This document shows, piece by piece, positions 58,319 through 61,310 of a stretch of 61,310 nt of DNA. The stretch is taken from NCBI RefSeq assembly GCF_045126245.1, contig NZ_JBGVOG010000020.1, positions 1-61,310 on the forward strand. The letters run 5' to 3'. Under the pieces are notes generated by a model that was given only the letters and a program-made list of their open reading frames with translations, was not told where the DNA came from and did no database searches. The stretch's first letter is position 1; every line of letters starts with the position of its first letter. The DNA is from Methanobrevibacter sp. (GTDB lineage: Archaea; Methanobacteriota; Methanobacteria; Methanobacteriales; Methanobacteriaceae). The position numbers were made by a program, and so were the translations under genes.

Positions 58319-58590
58319 GTTTTCATCCTCCTTTTTTTAGGTTTTTTGGATTTTGGTTTTGATACAAATAGTTTTTCACCACAATTCTTTGCAATCATAT
58401 CTCTATCTGCTGATTTAAATAAACGAATAGAGATGTATGGTTTTTTTGTTGGTCCAAAAACATAACTGACCTTCCCAATTTTGTTCTTATTACTATCAAA
58501 AACAATTCCGCCAGCAGTTGGTGTTTTAGAAGATCTAGCTATTAATTTACCAGAGTTTGCAATATGCAAACTGTTTCCTAAGAATTTCAT
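58303..58590 (-). CDS. gar1: Gar1/Naf1 family H/ACA RNP protein
   Basis: LG..LH...[19 protein letters not shown]; adjacent to tfb as is common in Euryarchaeota. Confidence 0.85.
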   Translation of the reverse strand: MKFLGNSLHIANSGKLIARSSKTPTAGGIVFDSNKNKIGKVSYVFGPTKKPYISIRLFKSADRDMIAKNCGEKLFVSKPKSKKPKKRRMKTRHKK

Positions 58591-58707
58591 ATAATCAATC
58601 TTAAAAATCAAATCTGTATCGTTTATATATTAAAAAAAAGTAGTATATAAATATATCGGTAATATTTATATATAAATTAAGTTACTTATTTAAATGTTTT
58701 TCTATTT

Positions 58708-59445
58708 TTATCTGAGGCCAACAACCTGCCCAAGAGTGATTCCATCGGCCAACTTTTCGATAATAATGGATTCTTTTAATTTGACACCCAGCGCAGAAAC
58801 CATGACTTTAGTGAATAACTCTTTTGGAATGACAACTATTCCGCTTTCATCTCCAAAGAAAAAATCACCCGGTTTTATTTCGTTACCCTCAATTTCAATT
58901 GTTTGATTTAATTTCCCCAAACCAAGTGCCAAACCTGCATTTGGAACAAAGTTGGATGCGAAAACCGGATAATCCATATCTAAAAGAGCATCCAAATCAC
59001 GGACAGACCCATAGACAACAGTTGCCTTAACTCCATTATTTTTTGCACAGGTGGAAGCCAATTCACCCCAAATAGCTTTATCATCATTATCAACCTTAAA
59101 AAATAAAACATCCCCTTCACCAGCACTATCAATGGCCAATGCAGATGTTCCCCAATCATCACTGGTGGTTTCGGCAGTGTAAATGCTTCCCCACACCTTC
59201 AAGTTGTTGATTGGTTTTATTGATTTGATTGTTCCTGACCTGTGAGATATTCCATTATAAGCATCGGAAATTTGACAAGCTGAGATGTTTTCAAGCAAAG
59301 ATAAAAGATTGATATGTTCCCTATAGTTATTTCCTCTAAATTTTAGATCATCAATTGTAACATTGTCCAAATCAATATCTTCGACGTTGACTCTTTTTTC
59401 TAAATCCTTATTTTTATTCAAAATATCTTTTGGAGTAACACTCAT
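58708..59445 (-). CDS. RraA/HMG-aldolase family protein
   Basis: ISDA, DDWG, AIWGEL, GSVRD.D, PGDFFFGDESGIVVIP. Confidence 0.85.
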   Translation of the reverse strand: MSVTPKDILNKNKDLEKRVNVEDIDLDNVTIDDLKFRGNNYREHINLLSLLENISACQISDAYNGISHRSGTIKSIKPINNLKVWGSIYTAETTSDDWGTSALAIDSAGEGDVLFFKVDNDDKAIWGELASTCAKNNGVKATVVYGSVRDLDALLDMDYPVFASNFVPNAGLALGLGKLNQTIEIEGNEIKPGDFFFGDESGIVVIPKELFTKVMVSALGVKLKESIIIEKLADGITLGQVVGLR

Positions 59446-59891
59446 TAGCTCACCGTTTCATCTTTGTATAATTATATTATGTAAAACATCGTTAAAAAAT
59501 TTTTGAAATATAAAATATTTTATATATTAGTTATGCTAAAATTATTATTGTAGTATTGAAAAAAATACTTAATTATTATATACTCAATAGAGAGTTTATT
59601 TACATTATCATTATTATAATTATTATTAATTAATTCAAAGACAGGAGAAAAATCAATTATTAAGGAATCAAAGATTAGCGAGTTTTATATATTTCAAAAT
59701 AAAGATTAAATGTAGGAATTAGTAAACCCTTAATAGAATGACGCTCCGAATGTATTGGCTCTTTTTTTAGTGTATAATAGGCAAATATGTTTATCGTATA
59801 ATTTATGCAAGTTAATTGCCTAAAAATAATTATAAAATTTTTAGTTATTACATAAATTATCCCGATTAAATTAAGCTTAGGAGGCTTAAAA

Positions 59892-61139
59892 ATGGGAAAA
59901 GGTGAAGAATTAACTACAACAAAATATTTAATTCATGCCCAAATTACCGCCAACGGTATTGTTGAAAAACCTGATGTTGTTGGTGCTGTATTCGGGCAAA
60001 CTGAAGGTTTACTTAGTAACGATTTAGATTTAAGAGAACTTCAAAGAACTGGAAGAATCGGAAGAATTCAAGTTAACATTCATTCCAACGGCGGTAGAGC
60101 CAAAGGCGAAATCGTGATTCCATCCAGTTTGGACAGAGTTGAAACCGCCATACTCGCGGCATCCCTTGAAACAATCAATCGTGTTGGACCTTGCGAAGCT
60201 GAAATTCAAACTTTAAAAGTTGAAGACGTAAGGGCTGTAAAAAGGGAACAGGTCGTAAACCGTGCAAAAGAAATCTACAAAAACATGGTTGAAAGTGTCG
60301 GTCCTGCCAGCATGAAAATGATTGAAGAAGTAAGAGAAGCCATGAGAGTGCACGAAATCTCTGAATACGGTTCAGATCGCTTACCTGCAGGTCCAAGCAT
60401 CCACACTTCAGATGCAATTATCGTAGTTGAAGGCCGTAGCGATGTTTTGAACTTACTTAAATACGGCATTAAAAATACCGTTGCAGTTGAAGGAGTAAGC
60501 GTTCCTCAGTCAATTGGTGAGTTAAGTAAAAAAAGAACCACAACCGCATTTGTAGATGGTGACAGAGGTGGAGAACTTATCTTAAAAGAACTCTTGCAAA
60601 TCGGTGAAGTCGACTTTATTACTCGTGCTCCAAAAGGAAAAGAAGTTGAAGACTTGGAAAAAGATGAAGTTTTGGTTGCACTTAGAGATAAAGTTCCTAC
60701 AGCACAATTCTTAGCTACCCACAATATCTTAAACGAGTCTAACGGAAATCATAATAAAAGAGACAACAACAGAAAATACCAAAATAGAAATTCCAAAAGG
60801 CAACAAAAATTCACCCCTCGTGAAGAAGTTGCACCGGAACCTGTCATCGAAGATGATGAAGTTAGCCTTATGAAAGATATGTTAAAGGAATTTGAAGGAA
60901 CTGGAAGTGGAGCTATATTGGATGAAGCATTGAATGTAGCTAAAGAAGTTGAAGTGGAAAACATCTATGAAGAAATTAAAAACATAGACGGAACCGCTGA
61001 CAGCGTCATATTTGATGGAGTTATCTCACAAAGATTGGTTGATGTAGCTTCCGAGAAAGGAATCAAAAAATTAGTCGCATTCAACTCAATGAATATAGTC
61101 AAAAAACCACATAATGTCAAATTAATAACAATCGACTAG
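59892..61139 (+). CDS. dnaG: Archaeal DnaG (TOPRIM; exosome-associated primase-like protein)
   Basis: GIVEKPDVVGAVFGQTEGLL, DLRELQ, IVVEGRSDV, DGDRGG, DGVISQRL. Confidence 0.96.
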   Translation: MGKGEELTTTKYLIHAQITANGIVEKPDVVGAVFGQTEGLLSNDLDLRELQRTGRIGRIQVNIHSNGGRAKGEIVIPSSLDRVETAILAASLETINRVGPCEAEIQTLKVEDVRAVKREQVVNRAKEIYKNMVESVGPASMKMIEEVREAMRVHEISEYGSDRLPAGPSIHTSDAIIVVEGRSDVLNLLKYGIKNTVAVEGVSVPQSIGELSKKRTTTAFVDGDRGGELILKELLQIGEVDFITRAPKGKEVEDLEKDEVLVALRDKVPTAQFLATHNILNESNGNHNKRDNNRKYQNRNSKRQQKFTPREEVAPEPVIEDDEVSLMKDMLKEFEGTGSGAILDEALNVAKEVEVENIYEEIKNIDGTADSVIFDGVISQRLVDVASEKGIKKLVAFNSMNIVKKPHNVKLITID

Positions 61140-61152
61140 AAAATTAATTTTA

Positions 61153-61191
61153 GGAAATAGAAATCATCTATTTCCAAATTTACTTTATTTT
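61153..61191 (+). terminator. Hairpin plus T-rich terminator after dnaG
   Basis: GGAAATAGA-aatca-TCTATTTCC followed by T-rich sequence. Confidence 0.55.
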
Positions 61192-61296
61192 AACACCACA
61201 AAAAAACTTTTTTTCAAAAATCTATAATATAACATAAATAATAAATAACATAATTTATAGAGTTTATATAGAATCTATAAAATATGGAGGAGAAAA

Positions 61297-61310
61297 ATGA
61301 ATATCAATAT
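61297..61310 (+). CDS. Start of a CDS truncated by the window edge (MNIN...)
   Basis: GGAGG RBS 6 nt before the ATG; TTTATATA box at 61263-61270. Confidence 0.45.

Noticed and set aside
58326..58340. Programmed -1 frameshift fusing gar1 to tfb at the A7 run
   Set aside because: In the gar1 frame the codons are CCT AAA AAA AGG; tandem slippage needs AAA to TAA or AGG to AAG re-pairing, so it is not a proper X XXY YYZ site. Near-cognate initiation is simpler.
58708..59445. menG demethylmenaquinone methyltransferase
   Set aside because: No SAM-binding motif; this is the RraA/HMG-aldolase fold historically mis-annotated as MenG.
1..61310. tRNA, rRNA, CRISPR arrays, IS elements, prophage
   Set aside because: No GC-rich structured RNA stretch, regular repeat-spacer pattern, transposase, integrase or virion gene was recognised by eye; tRNAscan-SE/Infernal would confirm.

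Overview
AT-rich archaeal chromosomal segment, most consistent with a gut or rumen Methanobrevibacter (Methanobacteriales). Support for this: tfrB, iorAB, archaeal dnaG, tfb, NAC, sepF, a pseudomurein-binding repeat, a DUF11 adhesin, and GGTGA/GGAGG RBSs with TTTATATA boxes. About 60 CDS, mostly housekeeping or metabolic: MATE, tarIJ, argJ, modABC, an aryl-acid cluster (SSS symporter, paaK, ACT, iorAB), tfrB, dcd, glyS, pyrH, tfb, dnaG. I saw no rRNA, tRNA, CRISPR array or intact IS element. The best candidate for an undescribed system is 7624-11064. It holds a membrane-anchored protein with two tandem palm-like repeats (the second with D..D and GGDD), translationally coupled to a NYN/Zc3h12a ribonuclease with a duplicated C-terminal domain, next to a CpdA/Icc-like phosphoesterase. 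This looks like a writer/effector/eraser nucleotide-signalling module inside a housekeeping locus. Other highlights: tfb has no ATG/GTG/TTG upstream of its Zn ribbon (probable ACG or ATT start); three small genes are missing from the ORF track (a 34-aa ultra-basic peptide, a 55-aa Zn finger, a 37-aa symporter accessory protein); there is an acidic histone-fold protein; and there are possible structured leaders before modA and the large adhesin. All family calls come from motif recognition by eye; no database searches were run.
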